A stretch of 64,000 bases of DNA from Octopus vulgaris (Eukaryota): the NCBI GenBank assembly GCA_951406725.2, contig OX597818.1:102424001-102488000 (forward strand), given 5' to 3'. Each line of letters opens with the position of its first letter. Position 1 is the first letter of the stretch. The notes beneath the pieces were generated by a model, which worked only from the letters and a program-made list of their open reading frames with translations, searched no databases and was not told the origin of the DNA. The translations under genes were made by a program, and so were the position numbers. Below, piece after piece: positions 25,336-41,242 of this stretch.

Positions 25336-27675
25336 TCATTATTATTATTGTTGTTGTTGCTGTTATTTTATCCATGCTGAATATGTATTGTGATATATTT
25401 GTTATTGAGTTGTTGGATGTTGGTGTAATAAATGCAAAGTGTTAAAAATAGACAACGACAAAGATTGGTGTATATGAGGATGCATGGCAAAAATCGGATC
25501 TGTGTATGATAAAGATTTATACTGAGAGATTTCGATTAGATTTGATTGGAATCACCCAGGTTATATGGCATAAGAATTACTGCTACGGAAATATCGAGCA
25601 ATGAGCAATAAAAATTTTAGTGAGGATGCAAGAGAGAAGTTGTTGCAGTGAGAAGCGGCTGCAATTATTGTAACAAGTACGAGATCAGTTGAAATGGGAG
25701 GAACGCATCTAGGGAGAGATTAATTGAGGCGGGAGATAGTATTAATGACAGTGGTTAACTGAAAGAGATGAAATACGCGCACACGGCACACTCACAACAG
25801 TGCATGTCAAGTGGACTGAAGATCCCAGTAGGAAGACGTTATAATGAGCTTAAAGAGAACTGAGATATCTAAGGAGTGATGAATAATGTAGAGATACGAA
25901 TTAATAACATAATCAGTAGAGTGTCACACTAAATGTCATGCGATGTTTCGTCAAATCTTTAATTTGTGAGTTCATGTAACATCAAAGTCAAGCATTGACT
26001 TTCACTCTCCCGTTAAGCTGCCAACAACGTACAGGAATTGATAGGATCACGTATTTCCTGACCATTAAAAATCATTGAATTTGAGCCCAAATTTGTAACT
26101 GTTATTACATGATATATCCGTAGGTTTCATTGTTTCATTCGAAAGAAGTTGATGGAGAGAAAACCGTAATTTATAGTACGTAACAAGAAGGATCAAAAAC
26201 AATATAAAACACGAGTTAGGATATCTTGAACATTACTCCGAACGTCCAGCAAAATCCTACACTGTCTTTTTATTAATGACTTTACGGATTTGTCCTTAAA
26301 TATTGTTTAACTGTCAAGTTTAATATTTCCGCCACATATTAGATATAAAGCAGTCACAACAAGTAAAATGGTAAGCGAGTTATGCCCACACGCATACACA
26401 GATGTGTACTCATGAATATATTCACATACACTCATAACAGCGTACGCACATGCGTGTATAAATTCATATGTATATAAATAAATATATATATAAATACATA
26501 CATACATACATACATACATATATTTATATATATATTTAATTTTATTAATTATGGAATACAAATTCCGGCATAACAGGGGTTCAAATTATTCTCAATGAGG
26601 AAATACATATTTTCATTTAGAGATACTAGGCCCCTTCATCTCACCATATAAAAAAGAATTTAAATTTAAGTACTAACTGCTTTATAATTTGGCTACACGT
26701 GTTTCATGAAGTACATTTCTCGGTTTCTAAATCACACCGTGTTTTGCTGAAACCATTCTTAAAATATAATCCCAATCATCAGGCCCTTATATCACTTTAT
26801 CATCGTTCAATACTATAAACAATATTTTAATTTTTTTTAAACCAATAAATATGTGTAAAAATATGTGTGAAAATATGTTCGCCGGACCCTACTTTACAAG
26901 CCATAATTTAATTCGAATAATAAATTACAAAAATTAAAAATAATTAAAAATAAAAAAAATAAAAAGAAATAAATAAAATTTTAAAATTTCATATATATAT
27001 TCATAAGAGTAGGTTGACAACGCGAAGAACAGATATCAAAAGTGTAGTGCTTAGATACTGAGATAACAAATTCCTACCCCTTCAACCAGTGCCTCAGGCG
27101 TGAAAATTTAGCTATAAAACGTGTAAACTCGAGCTAATGTGGAACTAGTCGTTTTATCGCCGCTTACAACTTTTTTAGCGTTATTCATCTTACCTTCCAG
27201 GTCAGTTTAATTATGTTTGAATTTACAACAGAGATAGCATAGTATTTTTACAAATATATCTCTCTGATTAATTAATCGAATGATTAATGGCTAAATAGCA
27301 AATTGAATGATGAATAACAAAGAAGTGAAATAGAGTGTGATTTTTGCATAATGACTCTCTCGGGACACTACCAGTATATAATTCTTTCGGTTTAAAATTA
27401 ATCGTACACTACCATGCATCACATACTTACATGATTTCTTATTGCCGTTGCTGTTCAGCATCAATTAAAAACTATTTTAATACATCTATGATTAATACTG
27501 TTGATGCAGCATTTAACTCTCCTCTATAATGCGTAATCCGTTGATCAAATATTGTAGAATACTATTCAAGAGAAAATTTGGTTGACATATTTAGTAGATC
27601 GTGCTATAAAGAATGTTTCATTGCGTTGAGTTAATTTACAACCACTTTATTCAAATCAAAGTTAGGTTTGCTATG

Positions 27676-27852
27676 CAGTGGGGTGAAATAAATATTCGTA
27701 GTGTCAAAATTCTTTATTTATTCAATTCATAATGAACATAAATGCTTATGCATGTGTATGCATACATAGTATTGGTATAACACATTTATGTTCATTAGAA
27801 ATTAAATAAATAAAGAATTTTGACATGCACGAATATTTATTTACTCCCACTG
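27676..27852. mobile_element. Tc1/mariner-type MITE, ~177 bp, almost entirely TIR
   Basis: CAGTGGGGTGAAATAAATATTCGTAGTGTCAAAATTCTTTATTTATT... / ...AATAAATAAAGAATTTTGACATGCACGAATATTTATTTACTCCCACTG followed by TA. Confidence 0.8.
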
Positions 27853-27954
27853 TATATAGTGTTGAGAACATTAGGAAATATAATTGCGAACTGTAACATG
27901 ATCATAATTCTGTAATCATTGAGGGGTGGTTATATACGGTTATATTTGCAATAT

Positions 27955-28250
27955 GTGGACGCATGTCCTAGTAGTTAGACTGTTGCAGTAAACGATCGCG
28001 ACATATTGGATTCTAACTCCTGAACCGCGTCACACATTGTGATCTTGGGAAAATAAAATACCTCACACGGTGCTCTGCCATGACGTTGACATTAATGCGT
28101 TGTACCTGTCCAGGCTACTTCGATTTGGCGAAGCGGGTAAACTTATGTACGGCACAAAAGTTTGAGTGCAATAAAGAAACCATTAAATCATTTGTGCAGA
28201 TTGTTAATTAAGATATTGTAGAACCGTTTTGTTTCGAACTACGAGAGACC
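27955..28250 (+). mobile_element. Old tRNA-derived SINE remnant
   Basis: A-box-like TAGTAGTTAG and a following CATTGTGATCTTGGGAAA motif, similar to 36600-36815. Confidence 0.4.
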
Positions 28251-28429
28251 ACCATCATCATATAGTTTGTAGTATTTCATTGAATCTGTTGGGATAAAAA
28301 TCGTGGACGAGGTTTGAACTCGGGACTAAAGTATTGCATTTAGACAGTGAACTGCATTTTGATAAATATTCTAATCATTTCAACACTCCGTTCTCAGGAT
28401 AATATTGGTATGGAATTTTGAGACCTGAC

Positions 28430-28612
28430 CAATTTCGGTGAAGAGTGTAAGCCGATTATATCGACCCCATGTTTTCAGCTGGTACTTATCAATGCTGAAA
28501 GGATGAATTGCAAAGTGAACCTCAACGGAAACTGAACTGAGAACCTAAACTTAGGCAAAATGCCACCAAGCATTTTGGCTACCATGTTACTATTTCTACC
28601 TCTTCGCCACCT
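28430..28612 (-). mobile_element. Diverged Deu/Nin-like SINE
   Basis: CGATTATATCGACCCC...GGTACTTATCAATGCTGAAAGGATGAATTGCAAAGTGAACCTC. Confidence 0.65.
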
Positions 28613-29358
28613 TCGTACCAAAGATAATATTAATATGAGCATGATGTCATTCGCAAAGAGTGAAGGCAACCTTGACTTTTGTGGTAAAACCATGTAATGA
28701 TAAATATCCCGAACATTGAAAGAATGATACGACGTCTATGTGTTTTATGCATTTATTTTGTATTACCATTGTAACTTTTAGATAAGATTTCCTCTTTGGA
28801 TTTGTGTTGCATTCTGGCGAAGGAAAAAAGAAAGGGTGCAGAGATTATATGCAGTTGTGCAGCTATTGTATATAAACTGAAGTCAATATGTATGAAATTA
28901 CTTCAGATATTATGCTCACTTGGGAAAAGCGGACAAGCAAAAACGTAAACAATATATTTTGTAGAGATTATAGTTTTAATATTACAGAATTACGATCATG
29001 TTAAAATTTTGCAATTATATTTCCTAACGTTCTCGACAGAATGTTTAGCAAACACAACTGGTTTGATTTGAATTAAGTGAATGTAAATTGATGCAATTCA
29101 AAGAAACATTGAAATAAAAAAAAAACTGTAAAGTAGTCCATTAGGGACTACTAAGCTTTGTTTTACGAAAAGCAGAAACGTGGTAAACCATTCTGAGTGG
29201 CGACGGTAAGGTCCGCTTGGAACACAGATATTTGCTCGCATGAATTCATTAACAGGGAACTTTTCAAAGCTGTGGTTACAGTCATGAAAAAATTATGCAT
29301 CTGTACACATCCTGCAACAAGTACTGTGTATATGTATGTGTGCATGTATGCATGTATG

Positions 29359-29402
<44 letters not shown>

Positions 29403-30266
29403 TGTGTATATGTTTTATGTGTATGTATGTATATGCATGTATAAAACATATACACACATACATACATAATACATACATTCATACATACATACATATATAA
29501 ATGAGTATTAAGGAATTTTTATTACTAAAATATTTTGATGTCATTCCATATATATAAGGACATTTTTTTGTAATATTACTTCTACAATTTGGAATTTGAT
29601 AATACCAATTTAGAAGGAATTATACAATACGTTTCTTCTCGACTAATCACAATTAAAATTAGCGGTATTTCTTGATGCGGTATGACTAATATTTGACTAC
29701 TTAAATCATAGTTAATGTCTCTGTCCAAAATGCACATACTAAGATTCGTAGAATTACATTTATTTCTAAACTTAAATGGATAAGAACAGTTACGCAATCT
29801 ATTAACCAAATTGTAACGGAAAATCCCGTGTATTAATACTTATGAAGCACTATTATGAACTTGCATGTCTACACTATATTCTTCTTTAAAAATAACTTTC
29901 TAAAGAACATATTGTTTTTGAAGTTACAAACATTTTTATTTACTTGTAATTGGTAATTATGGTTACAGAATCTAGTATTAATCTTCCTCTTTGAAGTAGG
30001 TATTAATGCATGATTATTAGCAGTATTATAATCACTATTATTAATAGGTGTTATCTAAGACACATTAAGAATTTCAGAATTGGAATTACTTTTACCTCAC
30101 CTATGAAATTCTACGTCAGGAAAATTACCAATAGAGTTATTTTCACAATTGTGTATGTAACTGTACATACACAGATGCACACACATAGATATACATAGAC
30201 ACATACATTTATGATTATATATAACAGATATACATATGTAAATATGTATATACATTTATACATATT

Positions 30267-30339
<73 letters not shown>

Positions 30340-30613
30340 ATAATTATTATTTGAGGGAATATTAATCCTCCTAACTTACACGGAAAAAAATCAATTTAGA
30401 TATACTAATTCAAATTTCACACAATATAATATATATATAAATTTGAAAAAAACACGTTTTATCAATTCAAAATGAACAATGAAATTACACTATCTAGAAA
30501 ATTACATATAATAGAAATATTAAAATTAAAATAACAATAAAACACCGATGATTAAGTAAATTGCAAAGAAAGTAAAAACATAGATATATACATATATATA
30601 TGTATATATATAT

Positions 30614-30749
<136 letters not shown>

Positions 30750-31736
30750 GATGAGAATATGTGTCAGTCTGTCTCCCCCTTCTACTAAATAGAGCTGACA
30801 GCTTTTGCACTTCTGGAAAGTTTCGAGCGTCATACTCCAAATTTGCAAGCATATCCCTCGGGTCTTCAGCCTTATTCTATAGGTATTTGATAACAACACA
30901 AGGTCAAACTGTCTCCATTTTCAAAATAAGTAGCTACTAGATATTTTTTCCTTTGAATAGTTAGAGGTTAGTTTAAATGAAAAGAAACAACTAAGACCTT
31001 ATGATATAAAGACTGGAATTTGACGCATGAAAGTGGTGTGACTCCTTCGTACACAGCCTGTGAACATTTCACTTCACCTTCATATATAACAATATTTCTA
31101 TACAGAACATATGTGAATAAAGACTCATGAAATTACACGCCCACACACAAGCACAGGCACGTATATATGCATATATGCGTGTGAATGTATATGTATATAC
31201 CCAAATTGTTTAGCATAGATGCGTGTAATATTTGGGTATATATGCATATACCCAAATTGTTTAGCATAGATGCGTGTAATTATGAAAGTCGAGACCATGT
31301 TTGAATATATTGTATCACTAATATTCTTCACAAATAGAGCTTAAAATCTTTCCAAATCCCATTTATAACTACATTCCTTTTAACTCTAAAAGTAATCACA
31401 CGCTTGTTTTCAAATTATCTTTATATTTGTCTGCGAAAGTCATTAGTTTGTCTACTGATAATTGTATTACAAGATAACCAATTTGCTAATTTATATAATT
31501 TCTTTTGTAGTATAGAGATCATATATATACATGCATGCTCACATACACATATATACACACACAGACTCAGAGGCATATACTTTCGCAGATATGTATATAT
31601 GTATGTATGTATGTATGTTTGTATCTCTGTCTCTGTCTCTATCTCTATCTCTCTCTCTCTCTCTTTATATATATATATATACTGAGAGAGTGGTGTGTGA
31701 GATGGTATGTATGTGTGCACGTTTCCATACACATGC

Positions 31737-31781
<45 letters not shown>

Positions 31782-32597
31782 GTATTTACACACACATCAA
31801 TACATCCATATATCCTTAGACACATCATTTTGAAGAAGCAAAGCTCATACACCACAAATGTTTAGAACACTAGCACGGATTCTAATTCATATTTGAATAT
31901 ATTCTTAAGTACCCATCGTTGTACCATAGAATCCATTTGTTTTTTACACCATCTGTATATAGACTTCATTGGCGATTCAGTTCACCTCCAATTCGATACA
32001 TGTACGGGGTATTTATCATTCACAAAAATTATGAACCTCTATATGCATCGTTCCTTAATGGGATTTGGATGCAGGTGTCACGTCTGTCTACGGCTTTCAT
32101 TTATTTTAATACCTGAGGCCTTGAGGAAGTCATCCGGACTGCGATCACTCACCTTACCAGTAAACGACGCTGTAAAAGTTACTTATGTATATGTGCAAGT
32201 ATGTGTGGGTTTGTATGCCTGTAACTATGCATTTACGAGTGAATGTTTGCACCATCGGGTGTATATCCGTGAACGTGAGATGCATTAACGTTATTGTCCC
32301 ACAGTCACTCCATAATTGTCGCTTACACAACTTTGATTTTCCCCTCTCTGACATCAGCCGCACGCATTATGCAACCTCCTTTCCCTCATACTTACACGCT
32401 GGCACCAGTCTCATTTCATCAAAGAACACATCAACCCTATTAGGGGACCGATTATAGCTTTTTATTGCAATCCAATTAGCCTATTATTGAAGTAGATGCT
32501 AGTTTCACATGTGAGCAAAGTTTCGTCAAGATCTATTCACTGGTGTAGGCAAGCAAGATGGTAAAATCATATCGACAGTGAGAAATTAACACTTTTC

Positions 32598-32642
<45 letters not shown>

Positions 32643-35600
32643 GGTATATTATATTCTATTAAGAACATAGGAAAGTACATATAAAGCTCGGATTTCACCT
32701 TGTGCTCTCCAGTAGTAGTATATTACTTACTTTCAGGTTTGTGTTTGAGCATCTGTCGTGAGTGAATAGATAAATGAAAAGAATTTGGAGTCAACAAACA
32801 GGAGTAGTTTTGGATACTTTTTTTTCAATCACTACAATTGTTCCTACGCGAAAAAGTTCACCAGGCGTGCAGGTATGTGAATAGGCAAAAGTTTCCATGC
32901 GTTATTCAGTTATATATGTATTACTTCTTTCAGTAATTACAATGCGCTTTTTGCAACTATTGTTGTGTGCGGTCTTCTTGTGAACTTGGTTTTCTATTTT
33001 CCCTTTCCTCTTTGCTTTCTATATGTCCAAAGAATTTGAATTCAACTAAATTGGAAGCTATGAAGTTATGCTACTCTCTGAACAAGACATTGTAACAGAG
33101 GCGTAGCATCAGAAGTCAAGATTTTTTATAGGCACAAATACACTATACACAATTTCATGCTTACTGTTATTTTTTCCTATTTTGTTCTAATAAACGTGTG
33201 ATTGCCATTTTATGAGATGTGCACTCCTCATCGACATTTAAGACTATTTAGATAAATTATCTCTGCTAATTTTCACACCATCATTTCTACTTCATATCTA
33301 ATTCATATTGGTTCTTATCTTCGTAATTATAATATCATATAGCAATTAATTTTTTATATCTTTTGCATACATCGTATAGTAACCTTTCTATTATATATAC
33401 ACTTACTATAATAAAGTCGTACGACATTTCTTGCATTTTCAATTATCTGGAGTTACAAAACAAACATTAGAACGAAGGGACTCACGTGTCCGCATATATG
33501 AGTGTGTTCATCTCTTGATCTCTGTATGCGTCTGTGCATGTAACTCTACGTAAGCATAGATGCAAACAAAATAATTTCTGAGAAGAAAATTAATAGGTTT
33601 ACTTTCCAACATTGATTAACTCATTAAAAATTAATTAAATATTATCATACGCTAATAGCTACACCTCTTATGTAAAAGTCATTAGTCTTTAAGAATATTT
33701 ACTTCATATTAAATTTTAAGAAATTCTCAAGGGAAACGGAAAGCAATTTACATAATTTTCCACTCATTTTCAGATTGAATTACTAATTTGTTATAAATGA
33801 TTACATTTTGTGCTTTGTGATTGTCATTAGGCGTATGATGGTGTTTCTAGTAACGAAGGTGATGCTATTTATAACTCATAATGTCTCGTAATTATTTTTT
33901 GCAGACATTTACGTATCTATATACATGTATATATATATGTAAATACGTACTAGTATGTGCGAGTGTATGTGTACACATATATGTGTCCGTGTATGTGCGT
34001 TTGTGTGTGTGTGCGTCCGTGTGTGTTTATATGTGCGTTTGCGTGTGTGTGCGTGCGTATGTGTGTATATGTGTGTGGAGCACTACCACATCAGTTAAAA
34101 TAATAAGCAGCCTTTTCACCGGTTCTTCCAATTAAGCGATCAAATGCTGTCGAGGTTCACTTTGCCGTCATCGTTTCGTTGTTGATACATCAATCACGAT
34201 ATGAGAGACGACATCAAGGTGATCGAATTTTTCGATTTATCCACCAAACTATGACTTTATTACCTGTAAGTCAATGAAAGAGAAATATTTTTATAATTTT
34301 CTTAGATTGTTGAGTGATGGAAGAAATTACTTATGTTTTAACAGAGCTCTCATGTCATCCCCTTATTTCATATTCAAAAGACAGTATGAACTATCTATAT
34401 TATTTTAAATTCATTATTTCCTTAATCGAAATGAAGTAAATACATAGTGTTTTGACTGCACAGAATTTGCTAACTTAAAAGGCTCCCTTCGAGTCTTAAT
34501 ACAGTGTGTACAGCCTTTATATATTTTCTCCCGAGTATGTTATACTTTGATTGCAAAATTACACCTAAATCATAGCGAGAGGGTGCATTCAATTAAAGGA
34601 ATATATGCATCAGGTCATGCCGAACATTGCTCTAATTGGTGTACAAATCAAGTGGTATCTTCTATTGTTTCAGAGGAGAGGAGAATTACTAGGATACTTG
34701 TAAAAATATTTTGAATATCATGGAATAATAAAAGAAAATGTTCGGAACTTTGCTAATATGTTGCGAATAATCCGAACTCTAAATATTTGATAGATATATA
34801 AACAGCATGTAGAAAGTATTTCTTCCATTAAATTTTATCTCGTCAAACCTTAAATTTCGATGTGTTATTAAACTGAGAATTTGGGCAGATTAAATATTCT
34901 ATATTCATTCAATAAGCTAGTTATGATAATTCAATATCTAACACTGACTATGGACTATATAACGAATAATATTTCGGTAAATTAGTAGATCTCGAATAAA
35001 TCTATTGGATTCATTACTATAGATTATACTATATAAAATTTCATGAGCTGGTGGTTTTGTCCCTTCTTCAAAAGAACAATTAGTTTCTTATGATATAACA
35101 ATAATTACATCTTATTGAAATGAAGAATCGCAATAATATACGTCTCAAAATATTAGCTGGTGGTTGTATTGCAGCAATGCCCAATTTTAAATACCAATTT
35201 TTTGAAAACATAAACTATACAACAGAGAATGTAATATTCATTTAATGTCAAAATATTCTCGTATATGATATTAACACATCACATGGATAAAGGCGTGATA
35301 TTTGCTGCTGCAAATATATTTTCAATATTTGTTTATAATATCAATAAATGTTTATGGCACTAAATGGAAGCCAAAGTTACATTTAAATACAATTAATGTT
35401 CTTTCATTAACCACATATACCTTTAATTATAATAGCTGCAGCCGAATGGGAAAACGATAAATTCTCTTGTCAGAAAAGAGACCAGTTTATATATAAAAAG
35501 GAATAAATAAACAAATAAATTTAATCAATAGAATTTATATAAAATCAAATTTTATAACGCTATAAATCAATAATTCTGTCTAAGTTCTGTTAAAATCTAT

Positions 35601-36599
35601 TTTATTTACAATTAAATATATATCTAAACTGAATCATATATTTCGTTTTAAGTGATCGTGAATACATACAAGCACACAACGGAACGCATACTTACATTGT
35701 ACTTATGTTTCTCTGATTATTTTTGGTCTTTTGAGTTTTCATTGTCGAATTGCTCAACAGTAGTGACCCACTCCTTTGAACCACTCCTTGCAGAATCTTA
35801 TATATCTCACCAAATATGGAGACTTGGAAATGAAAATGTAACCTGCAAATGAAGACTTGGAACTCAAAAATACACTATTAATTATGGGACGATTCGGCGC
35901 GAATGTGTAAATGTCTATTTGTTTAACAGTGGATATGTATGATATGTGATTTATATTTTTGTCGCTAATTGGTCAGTAACAAGTCAGGACTGACTTGTAA
36001 ATTCAATGATAAATTACATTGAGTATTTGCTTATCATGTAGATTTTCACGTATAGCGTATCTAAACGTTTGTTATATGAGTACACCACACATTTCCTAGT
36101 ATTACAGACAGATTAATCACTTTATTCTGGACCACCTGTTGTCACTAAATGATAATTCAGTAACACACGTTCTAACCTACTGATCATACATTTCCTATGC
36201 GGCTGAAGTACTATGAGCTGCTAGTAATTTACGTACCGAATACTAGTCAATTTCGTGGATCAATATGGGCTGGAGTTTATGTCTTGGCCCTTTAAATGAC
36301 GCTCTCAGTTGCCATACTCGGTGATAGCTACATACTAAGTGTAACTTCAAGCAAAACGTTTGGTAAGCACAACGCTAATTTAGTCGCTTAGTAAACTAGA
36401 ATGAGAGCCAAGGGAATCTCAAATTACCCTCGTACGTCATGCGGATTAAAGGAGGTGTCGGACATGAAGTTCGATGGTGCACATATATATATATACTCCC
36501 ATATTCCTTTCATCTTTTGCGATACGTTTTAATTTAAACCCTGATGTGTTCTCTTCCATGTGACAATATATCAACGTTTAAATCTATCAGATGTACTTC

Positions 36600-36815
36600 C
36601 ATCTTAACTTACATAGGCTCATAGGGCTTGGTGCCTCGTTTCGGTGGACTGGACACCTATTTACCGTAGCGATACATATTTTCGCCAGCTTAGTGAATTC
36701 AAACAACGTAAAATACAATGCATTTCTCAAGAACTCAACGCATCACCCGGTCCAGGAATCGAAACTACAATTATACGACCACGGATCCAACATTCTAACT
36801 CCTAATGTACGCGCT
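36600..36815 (-). mobile_element. Old tRNA-derived SINE
   Basis: Minus strand has the B-box AGTTTCGATTCCTGGACCGGG followed by GCGTTGAGTTCTTGAGAAA. Confidence 0.5.
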
Positions 36816-37234
36816 GATTCTATACTCACAAACATACAGAAAAAGCAGAGGCACAGGGGATGAAGGATACGGGTAGAGAATGTAATGTCGACACATCTAT
36901 GTGTGTGTGTGTATGTGTAAACACATTTACTCTTCAATTGCCTCCGTCATTTGGGTTCTGTCATGCTGGAACAACATATAGTTTTAATAACATACCATAA
37001 CTGATTTTAACAAACAGGCAATTTAGATTGATTGAAACGAAGCGACACCAGTTGTCTAAACGGGAAGGAGTACAACACAAAACGCAAAGAGAATTATGCA
37101 CGTATACATCCAGACACACATGCATATATGTATATATACTCTGGTATGTATATGTACGTATACACTCATATATATTATTCTATTACATGTTTCTGCTCTA
37201 AGGGTGTTGTTACACACACGCACACACATACACA

Positions 37235-37281
<47 letters not shown>

Positions 37282-39459
37282 TCACACACATATATGTGTG
37301 AATATACAATATATGTATGTATATGTATGTATGTAAATACATATCTACAGACATGATGTGCTCCTGCATAAATGCACACATACAGAGTAATAGACAGGAA
37401 TCCTGACATCAGTAGGAGGTGTCCTGTTCACGCATCTCAGTCAAAGCCACTTCTACAATATACATAATATCACCATCTTGTCTGAAAAGCTACTTATATT
37501 CTATATATTGTTGTAGCAATATTTTGAGGGGGGTACGTCAGAGGTACGTCGAGTGGACGCTTGATATTGTTAATGACCAGTCTGCTTAAATTACGTGATA
37601 TAGGAAAGAAAAAAAAGAACTTAAAGGTTCGCTGTGCTACTGGAATCCATGCTTCCTGAAAACAGGACAAGCTTTCTATCATTTAACCAAAGCTATACCT
37701 AGAATTTCCCCAACTGTTTTAGAAACATTATTCTTACCAGGGAGAATTGTGCGTTGCTGACGTCCTAAGAAGTTAGAAACTTTGAGGGAACAGGGAGTAA
37801 TTCCTATTTTCTAACGGTTTCGAAGCAGATAAAACGATAGCATGTAATTATTTGCTTAGATGTTTTAGAGAAGACTGACGTTTGCCTTTGGGATTCGAAT
37901 CGAACCCACATCACCTGTAAATATGGCATCAGCACTCACATACATACACACATATGTATGTTTGTATGTATTTTTAGGGAGAGACAGGCAAATAAGCGGA
38001 GAGACGGGGATGAAATATATGCACGCAAGCACACACAATCCTAAACACGTGCGACGAAGGAGAAATAGAAAAATTATAGCGATTCATGTCAATTTCAATA
38101 GGATTAGTAATGGAGTCCCAGTGTCTGTAATTAATAATTTTTTTTAGATATTTGAAACCATTAACCTCAATTAATTCAAAAACTATTGAAGCAATCGTCA
38201 AGAAGCAACATCTCATACATCATTAATAACGTTAAGGAAAAGAAAATAATTATCCTTAGACAAAGGTCGGAATAATAAAATAATGCCTCTTAAAAAACTC
38301 AAATCCAGCCAGTTTATTTTCTATTACCTCTCTGAAAACCCCCACGGACCAACTGGAGAATAGTATTTTCTATGTTTCGACTAAGAAATATTGATTTTTC
38401 GCAATATAAAATCAAGTGAATCAAGCGACAAACCTGGTATGAAAATAACTTTGATAACGAAGTGTTGCTGCATCTGAGATAATCTCGAAGCTCGTACATG
38501 CAACGCAATTTATTCAGGAATTTTACCATTATGCGCTCTATCACATAACAAACAACAACATTAATGACAAACTTTTAACAATATAGCAAAATTATTGTCT
38601 ATATCATTTAGAATGAGTACCAATTATATGCTAATTTTTGCAACAATAATGTCTGCAAACATATAACAATTGATTCCTTTGATCAACTATTTATACGTTT
38701 ACTAGAAGTGGAGTGATTATCTTATTATGAACAACTACAGCAGCAGGAATGTAAATATATTTCTGTCTCTACATGCTAACTAAAGATAGCAGTATATTTC
38801 TACGCAAAATAATAAAATGTAATAAAGTTTCTGATTCCTAGCGTTAGACAGACGAATGACGAATCTCATATTGCATGAATGAAATTCTAAAGCAGACTAT
38901 TTCTCTAGAAGCAGCTGTAAATTGCTTATTTCTGGTATTGGAAGGATTCTAATTTTCGAATGTAAAATTGTTGAAATAAACGTGTAAAGGAATATTTTTT
39001 CTGTCACTTCAAAAGCCAAACAAATTAATTATTAATAATGCACATGACACAGGTATGTAATCATGTATAAATATACATGCAATATATGCATATGTACAGG
39101 ATGCGAAAGTTATTTGTGACATATATTGTAATTTGAAAAAATAGTACAAGCCAATGTACTGTGATAAAACAAAAAGCACCATTGTTTTCAAAAATCCTTC
39201 TTATATGATAAATGTATGAATCTATCTGCAACTGCGATGAATTCTTCGACTTGAGGTTGTAATCTTTGATATACCTACGCTAAATTGTTTATTCATTTCG
39301 GACAACCTAAAAACATCGACCTCCCCCAAAACATAAGACTTGTATCGAATGTCCTCATGCACCACAATTCATATAGCATCTGTATTGTCGTTCACTAAGT
39401 ACGTTGTTTTTGTCTTTGAATTTTGGGAGCGTTGATCCTCAGAATTGGTAGAGAATCGA

Positions 39460-39992
39460 TCAAACAAATATTTAATAATGTCTGTCGCCACTTCAACATG
39501 GCTGTACTGTACGAACGGACGTTACTGCAAATTTTTAACCCCAAGTGGACATTTCCCCTAACTGGTTAACGAAGCAACTTGCATCTCTTATATTACAAAC
39601 AAGGGAGACAAAACCTTCAACCTTCTAGCGACAGGACCAACAGACCAGCCTCGTTTGGGGCTATATCTGCTCTTACTCAGTGGTACACACCTTGTCAGCA
39701 AGAAATGGCAGGAGCTCGTGTCAATTTGCAATATATAGAAATCCAAGTGACATTTACTCTCTGATGTTGCAACAAGCAAAACAGCTAGTTATAAAATCTC
39801 TGTAACAGATGAACGCAGTATCTCTAGTGGTGAGTAATGTTTGTCACCACTTCAACATGACTGCTCCGTTCGCAAAGACATTCCTGCGTCACTCTGCTCT
39901 TATGGAACAGCGATATTGAAGTGGCGACAAGTATTACATGCCATTACAGTTACTGCGTTGATCACTTATATAGATTCTATAACTAGCTGTTT
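39460..39992. repeat. Dispersed repeat with local direct and inverted copies
   Basis: TAATGTYTGTCRCCACTTCAACATG at ~39476 and ~39835; inverted copy at 39900-39992 (AAACAGCTAGTTATA / TATAACTAGCTGTTT); related copy at 8545-8710. Confidence 0.7.
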
Positions 39993-40993
39993 TCCTTAAT
40001 TTGTGATACATAATTCCTATTGCTTATAATACTCTATTATCTCCAGCTCTAGTTTATTTCGTCTGCTATCATCGTAGGACGATAGAATTAGTACCAGGTG
40101 GCATTGACGTCTTTGCATAATATATGATGGCTATAGATTGAAAATATTTGATAACTTATTTGCTCAATTATTGATGACAAAGGGTCGTTGGACATCAAAC
40201 CATATCTTCCAGACGTGTAGATAATTAAAATAAATATTTTGCAGCGTTTCTTTTTATATCGCTGCCTAAAGTCTATATTCATATTTCACATTGATGCTTT
40301 TAGTCTAATCACCCTTTAAGTTAGATGTAGTACTGATGAACTATATTTGCATTGATTATTCCCAAACTATTGTTTGAATTATAAAACAACTTGTAAGCAT
40401 TCTAAGACAGTCTTAATTCATATCATTAATATTTTTTAATCTTTTTCAGATGAAACCGTATATCTTCATAACTTAAAATATGATTATATTACAAAATCGA
40501 CCAACAACGAAACTAATTCTTTGTTTCACTTGTCATTAGTTGTCCATAAATTCAGACTAACAACAGAACGTTGAATGCAATAACGACGTTATTTTCCAAT
40601 TAGTTTGTTCGTTGTTAGGAGGATGAATAGCTCAATTGATAACTTATCCTAATGCATCGTAGTGTTGCAGTCTATGCGGATCAATTTACTTTCTCCTGCA
40701 GCTCTTTAGCATCAGCGCTTACTATTATTTAATTGTTCTCAAGTTTAATTTGACTTCATCACAAAGCAGCTGCTTAAATAATTCTGGCAGATACTTTGCA
40801 ACGTTTAAGAAAATAACAAATGATGGAACTATGCAATAATTAACGAGCGGGGACATCAATTTCATTCAATAAGTAAAGTACGAGTTTCTATTATTGAAAT
40901 GAAACAGAACTTTCTTTCTCACTTAATATCAGAGAGATAGGTGAGCCAATTTGAATATCATTGCGCAGATATTTACTCTTATTGGTTATGAAG

Positions 40994-41084
<91 letters not shown>

Positions 41085-41107
41085 CATGTGTGTGTGTGTG
41101 TGTGTGT

Positions 41108-41242
41108 AAGGCGTAATGACTCAGTGGTTAGGGCAGCAGACTCGCAGTAGTAGGATCGAAAACACCTAAAACAATGCGAAGCGCATTGTGACCAGCGATG
41201 TGTAGCAACATCTGATAGACTAGTCGGTCATGGTGATCACGG
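41108..41242 (+). mobile_element. Internally deleted tRNA-derived SINE
   Basis: A-box TGACTCAGTGGTTAGGGC head joined directly to a 3' tail. Confidence 0.5.
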
